Source: the human T2T-CHM13v2.0 reference genome, Homo sapiens. From it: a stretch of 64,000 nt of DNA. Position 1 is the stretch's first letter; every line of letters starts with the position of its first letter. The translations under genes were made by a program, and so were the position numbers. This document shows, one piece after another, positions 1 to 15,733 of this stretch. Location: assembly GCF_009914755.1 (NCBI RefSeq), contig NC_060935.1. One strand, 5' to 3'. The notes under the pieces were generated by a model. It did not search any database. It had not been told where the DNA came from and was given only the letters and a program-made list of their open reading frames with translations.

Positions 1-63
1 AATATTTCAGTATAGCTCTGTCTTTTTCTTATGAGTGAAATCAAACTTTTAAAAATAGGTTTA

Positions 64-357
64 GGCCGGATGCGGTGGCTCACATCTGTAATCCCAGCAC
101 TTTGGGAGGCCGAGGTGGGCAGATCACCTGAGGTCAGGAGTTCGAGATGAGCCTGGCCAACATGGTGAAACCCTGTCTCTACTAAAAACACAAAAATTAG
201 CCGTGCATGGTGGCACATGCCTGTAGTCCCAGCTACTTGGGAGACTGAGGCAGGACAAGTGCTTGAATCTGGGAGGCAGAGGTTGCAGTAAGCCGAGATC
301 GCGCCACTGCTCTCCAACCTGGGCGACAAAGCAAGACTCTGTCTCGAAAAAAAAAAA
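64..357 (+). mobile_element. Alu (AluS-like), full length
   Basis: GGCCGGATGCGGTGGCTCAC start, two arms, A-rich linker, poly-A tail. Confidence 0.95.
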
Positions 358-639
358 TAAAAGTTAAATGTCATGTTATTTCCTTTTCTGTGAAGTATGT
401 CCATATTCTTTATTTATTACTAACTCATGAATTTTATTGTCTTGAAAGAACTGCTTATTGGGGAATTCAACCTTAATTTGCAATTGGTTGCAAATATTCT
501 TCCTGATTGAACTGTGACTTCTGGCTTTGCTTCAGGCAGTTTTTGGCATGCAGAAATTTATTTTTGCAAAGACAAATGTATGAATCTTTTATGACTTCTG
601 GGTCTTGTGTCATACTTAGAAGCCTTCCCCACACCTAGA

Positions 640-1200
640 TTTTTAAAATATGTGTAACAGTTTCTCCTAGCAGTTTTACTGAATCCATTATTTCCCCTAC
701 ATTGTGAGACGGTGACCTTCATCAAATACTCAATTCCTACATGTATTTGAGGCTATTTCTAGAGTTTCTATTCTCTTTCACTTACCTATCTACTAATTCA
801 TGAGCCATACCACATTTTCAATTATTGTAGCATTGTTATACTTCAAATCTAATTGGCTACTAACTCCTTAGTAGTCTTCTTTTTTGGGATTTCCCTATCT
901 TTGCCTATTTTCTACATGAACTGTGAACTGGAAGATTAAATTATCCAAAATGAAACACAAAGAGGTAAAGTTATGGGCAATATTTTTTTTAATAGTATGC
1001 TATATAAATGATATTCAGAAAGAGAAAGGAAACAATATTTGAAAACATAATGAATAGAATGGGAATTTCCCCAAGTTGCTGAAAAACAATATTACATTAG
1101 AATATATGATAAAGCCCACGCGGAACAAACAGAATTAAATCCACAGCTAAATAAGACTGCAACATGTTAAGAACAACGAGAAAATCTTAAGTTACCCAAG
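640..1200. mobile_element. Old L1 (L1M-type) fragments
   Basis: Degenerate AT-rich sequence resembling L1M by eye; boundaries approximate. Confidence 0.4.
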
Positions 1201-1507
1201 TATTGTCTTTATGCTGGTCACTACTCTAGCCATTTTTCTTATCATCTCAATCTTCTCAACTCTGTAAGATTGGCACATTTCTTTCCCATGTTATGAAGGA
1301 CAGAACTAAGGTAGAGTAGTTAAGTGACTAACATAATTTTACAACTACTAAATGACAGAACCAGGATTTGAACTCCAGCTGTTTTATACCGGAACCCATG
1401 CTCTTAATCACTATGCTAAACTTTCTAGCAACTCACCTAACAGTAGACTCCTCAACAGCAACAAAAAATAAGAGTTTACCACTCACTGACACTCCATGAA
1501 AAAACTA

Positions 1508-2043
<536 letters not shown>

Positions 2044-2227
2044 TCACAATTTTGAAAAACAAGGACAAAGTATTATACAAATCTTTTAAAACTCAATTAT
2101 ATATGCAGCCAAACTATCAATCAAGGGGAAAGTGAACATAAACATTTTCATGTGGACAAAATCTCAAAAAAAAATTTACCTCCCAATATAAAGTCACACT
2201 TTAAAAACTAAATAAGAAATAAATATG

Positions 2228-3950
<1,723 letters not shown>

Positions 3951-3966
3951 TGTTTAAGACATGATG

Positions 3967-4306
3967 GGCCAGAAGCGGTAGCTTGCGTCTATAATCCCAG
4001 CACTTTGGGAGGCCAAGGCAGGTGGATTACCTGAGGTCTGGAGTTCAAGACCAGCCTGGCCAACATGGCAAAACCCTGTCTCTACTAAAAATACAAAAAA
4101 TTTGCCGGGCGTGGTGATGGGCGCCTGTAATCCCAGCTACTCACCTGTAATCCCAACTACTCGCCTGTAATCCCAGCTACTCAGGAGGCTAAGGCAGGGA
4201 GAATTGCTTGAACCCAGGAGGCAGAGGTTGCAGTGAGCCAAGCTCATGCCACTGTACTCCAGCCTGGGCAACAGAGCAAGACTCCATCAAAAAAAAAAAG
4301 AAAAAA
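3967..4306 (+). mobile_element. Alu with internal 20-bp triplication
   Basis: Alu body; unit RCCTGTAATCCCARCTACTC x3 at 4123-4182. Confidence 0.95.
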
Positions 4307-4584
4307 CACATGATGATATTTTTATAATATAGGGATTGACAAATATCATAAATAGTCCCAAAGGCACAAATGGAAAAAAAGAAAAACCAATAGATTTAAC
4401 TACATAAAAATTAAATATTTCTGTCAACAAGAGTCCATAAACAAAGTCAAAAGACAAGCCATTGATTGGGAAAAAATATATGTATCACAAAGGTTTACTA
4501 ATTAGAATATATAAGTAACTTCTGCAATTCAGGTAGAAAAACAAACAAAAAAATCTCACTTTTTAAAATAGGCAGAGGATATGA

Positions 4585-4806
<222 letters not shown>

Positions 4807-4959
4807 TAAATTAATACAATGATGTACAAAAAAATTCAAAGAATGATATTTACTAAGAAAATAGCTTATATGGAAGGCAAAACAGTTGTGTGTTTACGTG
4901 TCTTATACAGCAAATACCATACACAAGTAATCACTCACTCAAGTAAATAAATATACTTA

Positions 4960-5157
<198 letters not shown>

Positions 5158-6164
5158 TTACAGGTAAAATTTTTGTAAACTACAGATGAAAGAGATAAAA
5201 AAAAACTCACAAAAGACACTATTATATATGGCAACTTAAAAATTTACATTTTATTTATTCAAAGGGACTTTCAATCTGGTAATTAATCTGGTTCTAATTT
5301 AGCTGACTAAGCTATCTTCAAAAAAGCCATCTTCCAATTACACCAAGTCTCTGATTCAGGCCACACAAGGTGATCATATTTTTTCTATTATTTGAATCAA
5401 ACATAAACTTAGCACTTTAACAGAACGTATGGGAAGAGATACCAAATTCAATCCAAATCATTCATTTAATTCATTCAGCATTTATTTACAGAATTCCTAC
5501 AGGTTCTAGAAGCTCAAAAAATAGCAATCTACAAAATAGATTATATCCCTGCCCTCATTAAATACTGACTCTATGCAAGACCCTCTACTGAGTCCTGAGG
5601 ATACAATGATGAATAAAATATGATCCCTATCCTAAATATGTTCAAACTCTAATGGAAGAGGCAAACTGTTATACATTTAAACATAAGTCAAACTCTGGGG
5701 TGCACTAGAATGGACACGTAAGCAACCAGCAGCAGAGATGACACTACGATGAATTTGAACTCAAGGGAGGACAATTCGCCTGAGGACAGAAAGTCTAGAA
5801 GGAATGAACTAACATGGTGGCATGTTAGTTGCACTAGGAAAGATAAATGATTGTGAGGAAGAGAATTCTAGGAATAACTTCAGTGAAGGAGGGAAATCAT
5901 ACAGAAAAAGTCTAACACAGGCTTTCAAGACGTATACGATGCACCTAAAGAAACTTAAGTTCTTAATCACACAAAAGAATACAAGGTATAGATCACTGTG
6001 CGTATGGTAGTTAGGATAACTTTAATAAAAATGTGAGGTTTAAGCTAGGCCTTCCAGAATGAACACTATTTGAGTAAAAGGAAGAAAATGATCTCAATCA
6101 AAGGCATGGAAGAAACAAAACAAAAACAACAAACCAAATGAAAAACATACTGGGGCGAAAAGAA

Positions 6165-6910
6165 GTTGTTGCTTAATGGGTGTCATTTTTGCAAGATGAG
6201 AGTAATTCTGGAGATTGGTTGCACAGCAATATGAACATATTTAACACTACTGTACTATACACTTAAAAATGGTTAACAAGGGAAATTTTATGTTATGTAT
6301 TTAATATATTTTGCCATCATTCAAACATTTAAAAAAATTTTTTAAACTGGCTGGCAGTGACTCCAGGAAATATTGAAAAGAACACGACTCACTTCTGTGG
6401 TATTCTTGCCGAAAGTGCAGAATCTGAACCTAATCATGAGGAAATACCACTTATAGCCAATTTGAGGAAGATTCTATAAAATAACTGGCCTGTGTACTCT
6501 TCAAAATATTAGGGTCATGAAAAACAAAGGCAAGGCAGATGCAGGAAAATGTACCAGATTAAAGGAGACAAAGAGACATGGCAACTAAATGCAATATGTA
6601 AACCTGGACTGGATCCTGGACACCACCAACCAGCCTCCAAAGTGCTGTAACAGACATTACAGGGACAATTGGCAACATCTTAACATTATATAATAGCACT
6701 GAATCAATACTAATTTTCTGGTTTTCTATGATTATACATGCGGTTTACTCTCAAATGGTTCAGGAAAAAAATCGTGTGTATTTGTAAAGAGAAGATAAAG
6801 CAAATGTGACAAAATGTTAGAAAACCTGGGTGACGGGTAAGGAATTCTATGCGCTATTCTTGCCAACTTTTCTGTGAGACTGATGTTGTTTCAAAATAAA
6901 AAGTTTTTTT
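6165..6910 (+). mobile_element. Old L1 3' fragments (L1MB/L1MC-like)
   Basis: Motifs GTTGCACAGCAATATGAACATATTTAACACTACTG and AACTAAATGCAATATGTAAACCTGGACTGGATCCTGGA. Confidence 0.55.
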
Positions 6911-7319
6911 AAAAAAAGACTCCAAGAAACTAGGGAACAGAACTAAGACTGGTTAGTGGGCATGGGCCCACATAATAAGGGACTTAAAAGTCAGGAAGAC
7001 TTTAGATTCAATAATAAGAAATACTAAATACAAATCAAGAGAATGAGTAAATATAATACACATCTAGAAGTCCCTACCTGGGGTTATGGGGGGTGGAACA
7101 GTTACAATTAAGGGACGCAGGGAAGAGAAACAGTAGAAGCAGAAGTGAAGGAAAGGGCAAAGTAGAATTAAGTAGCTTACACTCAGGAGAAGATTCTGTT
7201 TTAGGGCTCAAGAGTTAAAAAAGAAAGAGCACATGCAGGATTCTCTGGCAGGAAACAGACCTCCTTTGGCCACAAGTTTTTTTGCCTTCAAGGAAGGAAA
7301 AATGCACCTTACATTCTAT

Positions 7320-7990
7320 TATTGAAAAGTCAAAAAAGAACAGATGCTGGTGAAATTACGGAGAAAAGGGAACACTTATACACTGTTGATGGGGGTGTAA
7401 ACTGGTTCAACCATTGTGGAAAGCAGTGTGACGATTCTTCAAAGAGCTAAAAATGGAACTACCATTTGACCCAGCAATTCCATTACTTGGTATATACCCA
7501 AAGGAATATAAATCATTCTACCACAAAGACACAGCACACATATGTTCACTGCAGTACTATTCACAATAGCAAAGACATGGAATCAACCTAAATGCCCATC
7601 AATGGTAGACTGGATAAAGAAAATGTGGTACATATAAACCATGGAATACTATGCAGCTATTAAAAAGAACCAGATAATGTCCTTTGCAGGGACACGGATG
7701 GAGCTGGAGGCCATCATCCTTAGCAAACTAATGGAGGAACAGAAAAATCAAATACTTGTAAGTGGGAGCTAAATGATGAGAAGACATGGACACAAAGAGG
7801 GGAACAACAGACACTGGGACCTACCAGAGAGCAGATGATAGGAGGAGGGAGAGGATCAGGAAAAATAATGAATGGGTACTAGGATTAATACCTGGGTGCC
7901 AAAATAATCTGTACAACAATCCCTGTCATATGAGTTTACCTATGTAACAAACCTGCACATGTACCCCTGAACCTAAAATAAAAGAAAGAA
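7320..7990 (+). mobile_element. L1PA/L1PB-type 3' end (ORF2 C-terminal remnant plus 3'UTR)
   Basis: CAGATGCTGGTG...CCCAGCAATTCCATTACTTGGTATATACCCA...AACCTGCACATGTACCCCTGAACCTAAAATAAAAG. Confidence 0.9.
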
Positions 7991-9805
7991 TCCAGCCATT
8001 GCCTCACTTAATTAAGAAATTTAAAATATGTATACCCACTGCTTTCTGATTCTTTCTAAGCACTAAGATACAGCATGAACAAACAAAAGATTTCCACTCT
8101 CATGGAGTTTTCCTTCTAGTGAAGACAACAGACAATAAACAAGTAAATAATTCAATAAATTATTTCAGATAGTGCTATTAAAAATATGCTATGAAAAAAA
8201 GCAGAGTAATGTGATAAAACAGTGCTTGGAAGTATCAGGGAAGACGTCTCCAAAAAGGTAAGACTTGAACTCTCAGAAGTCGGCCCCACCAAGATCAATG
8301 TGCTCCAAGCAGAAAGAACTAGATGTGCAAGGGCCTCAGAGTAGAACATGCCGGTGTGGATGTAGCACTGTAAATCAGGCAGAGAGTAGTAGGAGATGAA
8401 GTTTCATGGCAGGGGTCAAGATCAAGTCGAACCTTGTAGTTTGAATTTTATACTAGATTCAATGGAAGGACACTTGGAAAATTTTAGGCAACAGAGTGCC
8501 ATGATCTGATTTATTATTTTAAAAGTTCACTTTGGCTGCTATGCTGAGTAGATGTAGCAGAAAAGAATAGAAGCAGAAAGATGGAAGGGGACCTCCTGCA
8601 GGCCATGTGAAATGTGATCAAGTTTTGGACTAAGTTTATTAGTGTGAAAAGAGTAGTAGAGAGGAACCATATATATTTGGGAGGAAGAACTAAGGACCTA
8701 GCAGATAAACTTAAGAGAACTCTCCAGAAAAGTCAAGGCTGGCGGTGTTAATTTGCAAGTCAATTTTTACATTTATTCTCCAACTCTCTCCTGGGCTGGC
8801 GTGTTAACTGCCTGCTGAAATTTTTCCCTGAATGTCCCATTGCAGTCTCCAACTCTAAGTTTGTCGAAATCAAACAAAGAATTTGTCACCTTCCCACATG
8901 AAGCAGTACCTCTTCCTTATCTACCTATTTCTATTTTTGGTACAACTATTCACCCAAACTCCACACACTTCAGAGTCACTGTCATCCCTTTGCCCTCATC
9001 CCCACCCCGCTACAACTAACCAAAGTACACAAATCCTCTTTTTGCAGTATCCCTTGCATTCATTTCCTCTTTTCCATCCCTAAGGTCAATACTTCAAAAA
9101 AAGCCTCTAACTGGTCTCCAATTCATGGTATTATACTCCGCTGCCAAAAGACTTTCTCTTGAACTGGATACAAATTTCTCAATCTGATATTTGAAGTCCT
9201 CATTAATGCAGCTCAAATCCTTCCTTCTAGTCTCTCAGCATGCTTGCTAACTATGACCTGCTGGTGAGCCAAATTGACTACAGGGCCCCTAACATACCTT
9301 ATACTGTCTCACGGGTTTCCTCACTCCTGCTTCACATGGATGTACATTCTCTATGCTCCCCACTGGCCAAAAGTCTACCCTTCCTCCAAAGCCCAAGTTA
9401 AACACAACCTTCTTCATTAAACTCATCTTGCTATAATCTAAACGTGATTTTTTCTGCCTCTAAACTCAAAGGAAATGTTATTTAGAATTTTCTTAGGGCT
9501 CCTATCACATACAACCTTGCATCTGTGGATTGTGGATATTTGTCTTTCACACCAGTTTTCTTCTACGTTATCTGAAAGCAGAAGCTTTGACAGTCACCTT
9601 ACATTTCGAATAGACACTGCCACAGGATCCTGCATTCAGTAAACACCCCAAAAACATTTGTAAATTTTAACAGACTATTTACAAAAGTAGCTCCTACTTG
9701 AATTTAAGACACAAAGCATACAAAATCGGCTTTGAGCTTTCAGTATATTGATATTCAAGCAGGCAAGGTAAGCACCTGAGCTTATAAAACAAATCTCTAA
9801 CTTTA

Positions 9806-10009
<204 letters not shown>

Positions 10010-11178
10010 TTAAGAAAGAAGAAACATTTCAATATATTAATAATTCATTAAAGGATATTCAAACAAATTGAGACAAACTTATAAAATAAATAATAACAGT
10101 TATAGAGTAAAATCATTTTTTTTAGCCTTAGAGTTCATCTGAAAATCTGAAGTATTCAACGTTATCATTAACATTACAGTTTTCCTAACCACTAGTTCAA
10201 TACAGAACAAATGTACATAAATCTTTACAAGGTTCTATAACTGCTTCAAAAATTTATAACCTTGTTATAACCAGTTTTACAAACTCATGTAACCCAGGCC
10301 CAAAAGTTTGCTTGTTTTCCTCAGATAAATAAACTTGTTATTTATCTGACTTCGTACTCTTCCAGGAAAATCGAAGTTAATTTAAAAAGCCTTCCTCTAA
10401 GTTTATGAGTCAATTTTATACTAATATGCAATAATTTACATTCAGGGCCTTGAAGACACTTGCATGACTCTACTCTCTACAGAGTTAGATTTCATTAATA
10501 AAGTTGGCCAACACAGAATTGTTTCAATTTGAATTTGGTAATATTCAAAGGTACTTTAATGTGAAGTAGCAATGTAATAGTTATTAATACTCTTACACTA
10601 AATTTAATTGTATGAAATACTTTTATTTTTATGATCTCATCTCAACCCTCACAGATAAAGAGTCAGGCATTATTATCTCTGACAAATGAGAAGGCTAAAC
10701 CCAGAGAAATTAACTGCTTTATCACATAACTAGTGACAGAAACAGGACTAAAACCCATGATGAAAACTCAGGCTATTTTCAATAAACCACAATGAATTTT
10801 TAAAAAATCTCTGTATATATCTCCAAAATTCAAATCTTTACAAACAAAAGATATTTCCACAAACGATTTCTCTTCAAAAACTTCAAAAATGATATGCACA
10901 CAGTTCTCACTGATATATCCAAGAAGGTAGGTCAGAATACTTTTCAAATCATAATACTACATGTTTCTGTAGCAATTTATGAAGTATTTTCTCATGAATT
11001 CTCTCATTTAAGCCTCAAAATTAATCTGAAAAAGGTATAATTATTCCAATTATACCAATGGCAAAATTGAGGCAAGGCTCAGAGAACTGCTGACTTGCCC
11101 AAGGTCACACAGCTAGTAGGGTCCAAGGACTTGAAACTAGGGTAAAAGACTCCAAGTCTAAAGTCTTTCCCACATAAC

Positions 11179-11394
11179 TTTTTTTTTTTACGATCTCGGC
11201 TCACTGCAACCTCCGCCTCTCGGGTTCAAATGATACTCCTGCCTCAGCCTCCTGAGTAGCTGGGATTACAGGCATGCGCCACCACGCCTGGCTAATTTTG
11301 TATTTTTAGTAGAGACGGGGTTTCACCATGTTGGTCAGGCTGGTCTCCAAATCCTGACCTCAGATGATCCCGCTAGCCTCGACCTCCCAAAGTG
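11179..11394 (-). mobile_element. Alu, 5'-truncated and lacking its 3'-terminal segment; TSD CACATAACTTTT
   Basis: Poly-T joined directly to CGATCTCGGCTCACTG; ends at CCCAAAGTG; flanking direct repeat. Confidence 0.9.
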
Positions 11395-11821
11395 CACATA
11401 ACTTTTACAGTCCTTTTATTTATTCCCATTCCATTCAAATTCATTTCCAGCTTATTTAATACTAGAGGAATTTACTCTAAAAATCTTAAACAGAACTGCA
11501 TTGACTAATAAGAATTTGTCAGGAAAATTCAAGAATATTTATCACTTCAATAATTTAAGATGAAGCCTAAGAACATAAACAATACTATATCAATATATCA
11601 AATTACTGCAAGACTCCAATCTATAGCTGCATATTAGCTTCCAGTTAACAAACAGATAAATATTTAAAACATTCCAAATATCCTTTTTGATGACTAATAT
11701 TTCTGTTCATAAACAGGTTCCTTATTTACTGCTTATTAAATAAGTTTTCTTTTACTGTGATCACAGTTGACGAGCTTTAGAAACCCCAAATAATAAGGGA
11801 TTCCAGAAGTCAGGTGCTTAC

Positions 11822-11841
11822 AGTGCATCTGCAGTACTCAT
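11822..11841 (-). CDS. MRE11: MRE11 first coding segment (ATGAGTACTGCAGATGCACT, MSTADAL) in exon 2
   Basis: ATG at 11841 in AAAATG context; donor ACT|gtaagc; 20 nt fits the phase-2 join to exon 3. Confidence 0.98.
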
Positions 11842-11946
11842 TTTTATGGTCAGTCAAGCTCCTCTGGGACCAGGTTCTTCTCCAAGAACCCCTGGGTACT
11901 GTACTCAAATGTCAGAAAATGCACTCGATTCCAAATTCTAGAAATT
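11842..11946 (-). other. MRE11: MRE11 exon 2 5'UTR portion (105 nt)
   Basis: Acceptor ttttgtttttag|AATTTC at 11947/11946. Confidence 0.9.
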
Positions 11947-12723
11947 CTAAAAACAAAATTACATCATAAAACACATTTTTTAAAAGCCTGCACGTATTTA
12001 ACCAACATGATTTACGCTGCACAAGGTACAGACGTCTTAATTAGACTGGCAAATTTAGAAGTCTCATTTTCATCTAAGCACCCACTATACTTTTTTTTAA
12101 TGAACTGAGCATAGAAAATAATATATCTCCAGTGTACATCCTGTTTCCTAGTTTCACCAAGATGATTAAACTCCTATTTTCCTTTCCCGTGCTCTTATGG
12201 GAAATTAATGTATGCTAAATAAATAGGCAGAAAGGGTCACATACGGTTCTGGTTCAACACACAAACAACTCTAGATGTGCAGATATTTTTAAGTTGCACG
12301 CATAGGTTACTCTGGAGAACAGAGGCAATCCTGTATTTCCTATTCAAACCCCACGATTTTTTTTAAAGGACCTGGCTAGTTTGGAAAAGGGAACGGGCCC
12401 GCGTTTAAAGCGAGTGTAAATAAACAAACAGGTGGTCTGCGGAGGAACACCTTTAGGCACCAGCAGGATGACTGAAAATAGCCAGGTTTGGGGAAGAGTG
12501 GCTGCCACCGCGAGACAACCCCCACCACATCTGGAGCTCCAGATTCCGTCGGGATTCCAAGCCTCAACACGCCCTCACCGCAGGGAACCTCGGAATCAGA
12601 ACGCTGAGCCCGCCAGGACCCCTCCCCTGCCCACTCGGCCCGCTCTTCCCGAGGTTCCAGTTAACTCTGGGCTTCCGCCTGGGAACCTGCAGAAACAGGA
12701 GACGAATGCGATTCCTAAATTAC

Positions 12724-12915
12724 CCCACTGCTGGACTCTTCGAAGCCCCACAATCGCGACCCAAGGCTGTCTTCTTTTCGGGAAGAAAGGGCAGGATCCG
12801 TGAAAAGAAAACAACACGGTCTGAACTTGCCTCTGAGAACCCGCAGGGCCGTAAACCTGAATTCCGCGGGAGAGAACGGCGTCCGTTTCTCTCGCGACAC
12901 TTCATGGATAACGTA
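12724..12915 (-). other. MRE11: MRE11 non-coding exon 1 with alternative donors at 12831 (GC) and 12724 (GT)
   Basis: GAG|gcaagt and GGG|gtaatt; sequence resembles MRE11 mRNA 5' ends as I recall them; TSS approximate. Confidence 0.75.
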
Positions 12916-13039
12916 GATGCTTCAAGTCCAGTTCGGCTCTCATTGGCTACCGCACGCAGTGAGGGGGCGGGGAAAGTAGCGGCGAGGCCCCGCCCTCACG
13001 CAGGAGCCAATCCTGAGCAGGCTAGGAGACGAACCCGGA

Positions 13040-13075
13040 AGTGAGATGCAAGGCGGCGATTTTCCCTTCTGTCAG
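13040..13075 (+). other. ANKRD49: ANKRD49 non-coding exon 1
   Basis: Starts at the ETS site (TSS approximate); donor CAG|gtgggt at 13075/13076. Confidence 0.75.
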
Positions 13076-15733
13076 GTGGGTTGTTATTCCCTGTCCCGGA
13101 CCTCGCTTTTTGATGGACCGGCGCCATCTAAGAACTCCTGAGCCCGTGGGGGTGGGTAGCCTGTGGACACAGGCCGAGCCCTGCAGGTCAGGCCGCTTCG
13201 TGGTCCCCAGGTAGGACCGAAGCCGCTTCTCCGCTCTTGGCTGTTTGGAAGGCCGCAGGCGGAGCTCACGGGCCTGTGAGCTCCCGGCTGGTGGCAGAGT
13301 GCCGGAGCTGGATCCCCTCTCCCTCCCTCCCAGTCGCCAGACCCTCTACAGGTGTCGCCCCTAGGTCCTTGAGTTCAGCACATCTGCACTGCTTTGTGCT
13401 GAGAGCAGTAAGATGTATAGTGCAGCGAAAAATAATGTAGAACTTTTGAATTAGAACGTCTGCCCTTTCAGTTCCATTGAAGGGTCCTTGATCTAGGGCA
13501 AGTTGTTTTAATCTATCTGAACCTCCTTCACCAGTAAGGTTTATAGCCCCGCCTATCACTGAGTTGTTTGTAAGGAGTTGACATAGTTCGGATCTCTCTC
13601 AAAATAGGATATGCCCTTTAAGTTAGGAAACATACCCTGACATTCCTGATGGAATATCAGGAATATCATCATCAAGTCATCAGTTTTGTTTCTTAACTGT
13701 AAGTCGGGTAGATGCGCCTAGGCTTGGCTTTTTAAACTAAATATACCAGTAAAATTTTGTACATAATTTTTTGTATCTGGATCTGTAAACTCAAAATTTA
13801 TATAAAGGGAGTTTTTATTGAAAGGAAAAGCATGTTGGGGGAGAGGGTAAGATCTGTGGTATAAGGTTACTATATTTGATATAATTACAAGTGAACTTTT
13901 ATTTATTAGCATCTGTTAAGTGTTTAATGAATTGATGTATGGTCATTTTTGTGTTGCAAGGTTCAGGAATTAGTTTGAGAATCAAAGAAAAAGTGGAAGC
14001 TCCAGGAGAATTAATAAAACACAGAGCAATTCTGATTGGATATCTCTGATTCCAAGGGTGTCTCTGATTGGGTGACTGAAAAGCCGGATTGGCCTTAGGA
14101 ATACTTTAGTAAAATTCTTACATTTTACAATAAAGTAACAGGTCCAGAAAAGTTACTGGACATGAGTAATACATTTAAACTTGAGTTTAGTGCTATTGCC
14201 ACTAGTAATAAAGTTTAATACCACATTAAGATTGTATACTGTTAAACTTGTGAGATTAGGTATCAAGAAATCAGTATCTTGGGGGTATGCCTAACTCTGG
14301 AACTTCTCAGAATCCATTCCAGGCAAAATCAAGTGACAAGACTTTAATTAAATGTAATGCTACACATACTTCTTAATGCCTTCTATAGACAAGTAGGAGA
14401 TAAATATAAGTTAAATGTGGTCCTTATCTTTCAGCTTATAATCTTTTAAGGGGCTAAAACAAGAACAAAGTTAGAGGTGAAATGTAGCACCAAAAAAAGT
14501 AGAAAGCAGAAAGCGATCTAAATGAGAGGATCAAGAAAGAATGAAAGAGATAACATCAGAGAAGAGCCTTGAAAGACTGATTATATTTCAACAAATAGAG
14601 TTGAGAGGCTGGGAATTCGTATTTGTAAATTATCTATTGGTTATTCTCCTTTTCTTTAATTGATTAAGGTTTATATGTTGTGTAACCCTTTAAGCTGATA
14701 TTGGTTTAAAAATTAATATGGCAGCTTAGCAGAATAAACATCAGTTCCTTCAGGAAGCCTTCTTTAATCCCTTAGGACTAGGGGAATTATGAACCTCCTG
14801 TATACTCATGGTTTCTAGACAAGGTCTTGTAGTAGTACTTATCATGTTGTCTTTGCCAGACACATGATGTCTTTGCCAGTCACCTACACTAGAGTAAGCT
14901 TCCTGAGGTGAAGACATGGATCTTGCTCATTATTGAATCCCAGTACCCAGAAGTTGGCACATACCAGACATTCTATTCATATTAGTTGAATGAAGGAATG
15001 AATGACAGCCAAAATTCAGTTGAAAACAAGGACCCAACTAAGAACTATAGTTGCCTATCAATAAACAGGACTACTTTTTAAAGCAGTGAATTTTCCTAGG
15101 CCTGAAATTATCAAAGTAGAAATAGGATAATTAGTGTAGATGCTGTGATAAAGATATATGTACCGATGACAGATTGGAACAGATGTCCTTTTGGGGGCTA
15201 TTCCATCTTCAAGAATCCCTGATTCTTCGAAATAGTATTTTTAGGAATTAGAAGTTTTTATTTCTGCTCTATATTATCTGTGTGTCTAGTTTATAAAAAT
15301 CTTGAATGCACCTGTCTTCATTGTATTAGTTATACTTCAAAACCTTTAAGCATTCATCACTGTTAGCATAACACCATCATACCTAAACCAGTAGATTAAA
15401 AATAATAGTTATAATAATATAATTGACTTAGAAGAAAACAACAAAAGTAAGAAGCATTAGACCACTATTAGATCATAGTTTGTTGTTTTCTGTCAGCATC
15501 AGTATTTAGTGTATGTAAGGGATATCATGAGAAAAACAAGAGTTTAGACAGGGTTTAATTGTATATGTTTGCAAGACTTATCTATGCAGTTGATAAAGCC
15601 TGAATTATTGTTTTACTAATAACTTTTGTATTTGTGTTTTCAGATCTTGATGAACAAAGCAGTCATAATTCATCTCTAGAAAGATTTATATCCTGGCATT
15701 TGAAATGCTTTTTATTTAGAATAGTAGTAAAAA

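Larger units (their letters stand above)
12390..13370. promoter_or_regulatory. CpG island; bidirectional MRE11/ANKRD49 promoter
   Basis: CpG-dense; TCTCGCGA (BANP/ZBTB33-type) 12890, ATTGG 12942, GC boxes 12963 and 12987, CCAAT 13007, ETS CCGGAAGTG 13035, YY1-like CGCCATCT ~13122. Confidence 0.92.

Noticed and set aside
1-60. The MRE11 intron-4 poly-T tract known as a microsatellite-instability target
   Set aside because: It adjoins exon 5, which lies outside this window to the left
12376-13559. Multiple 60-123-aa ORFs across the MRE11/ANKRD49 promoter
   Set aside because: CpG-island shadow ORFs, mostly with non-ATG starts; only the ATG at 12905 was kept, as a uORF
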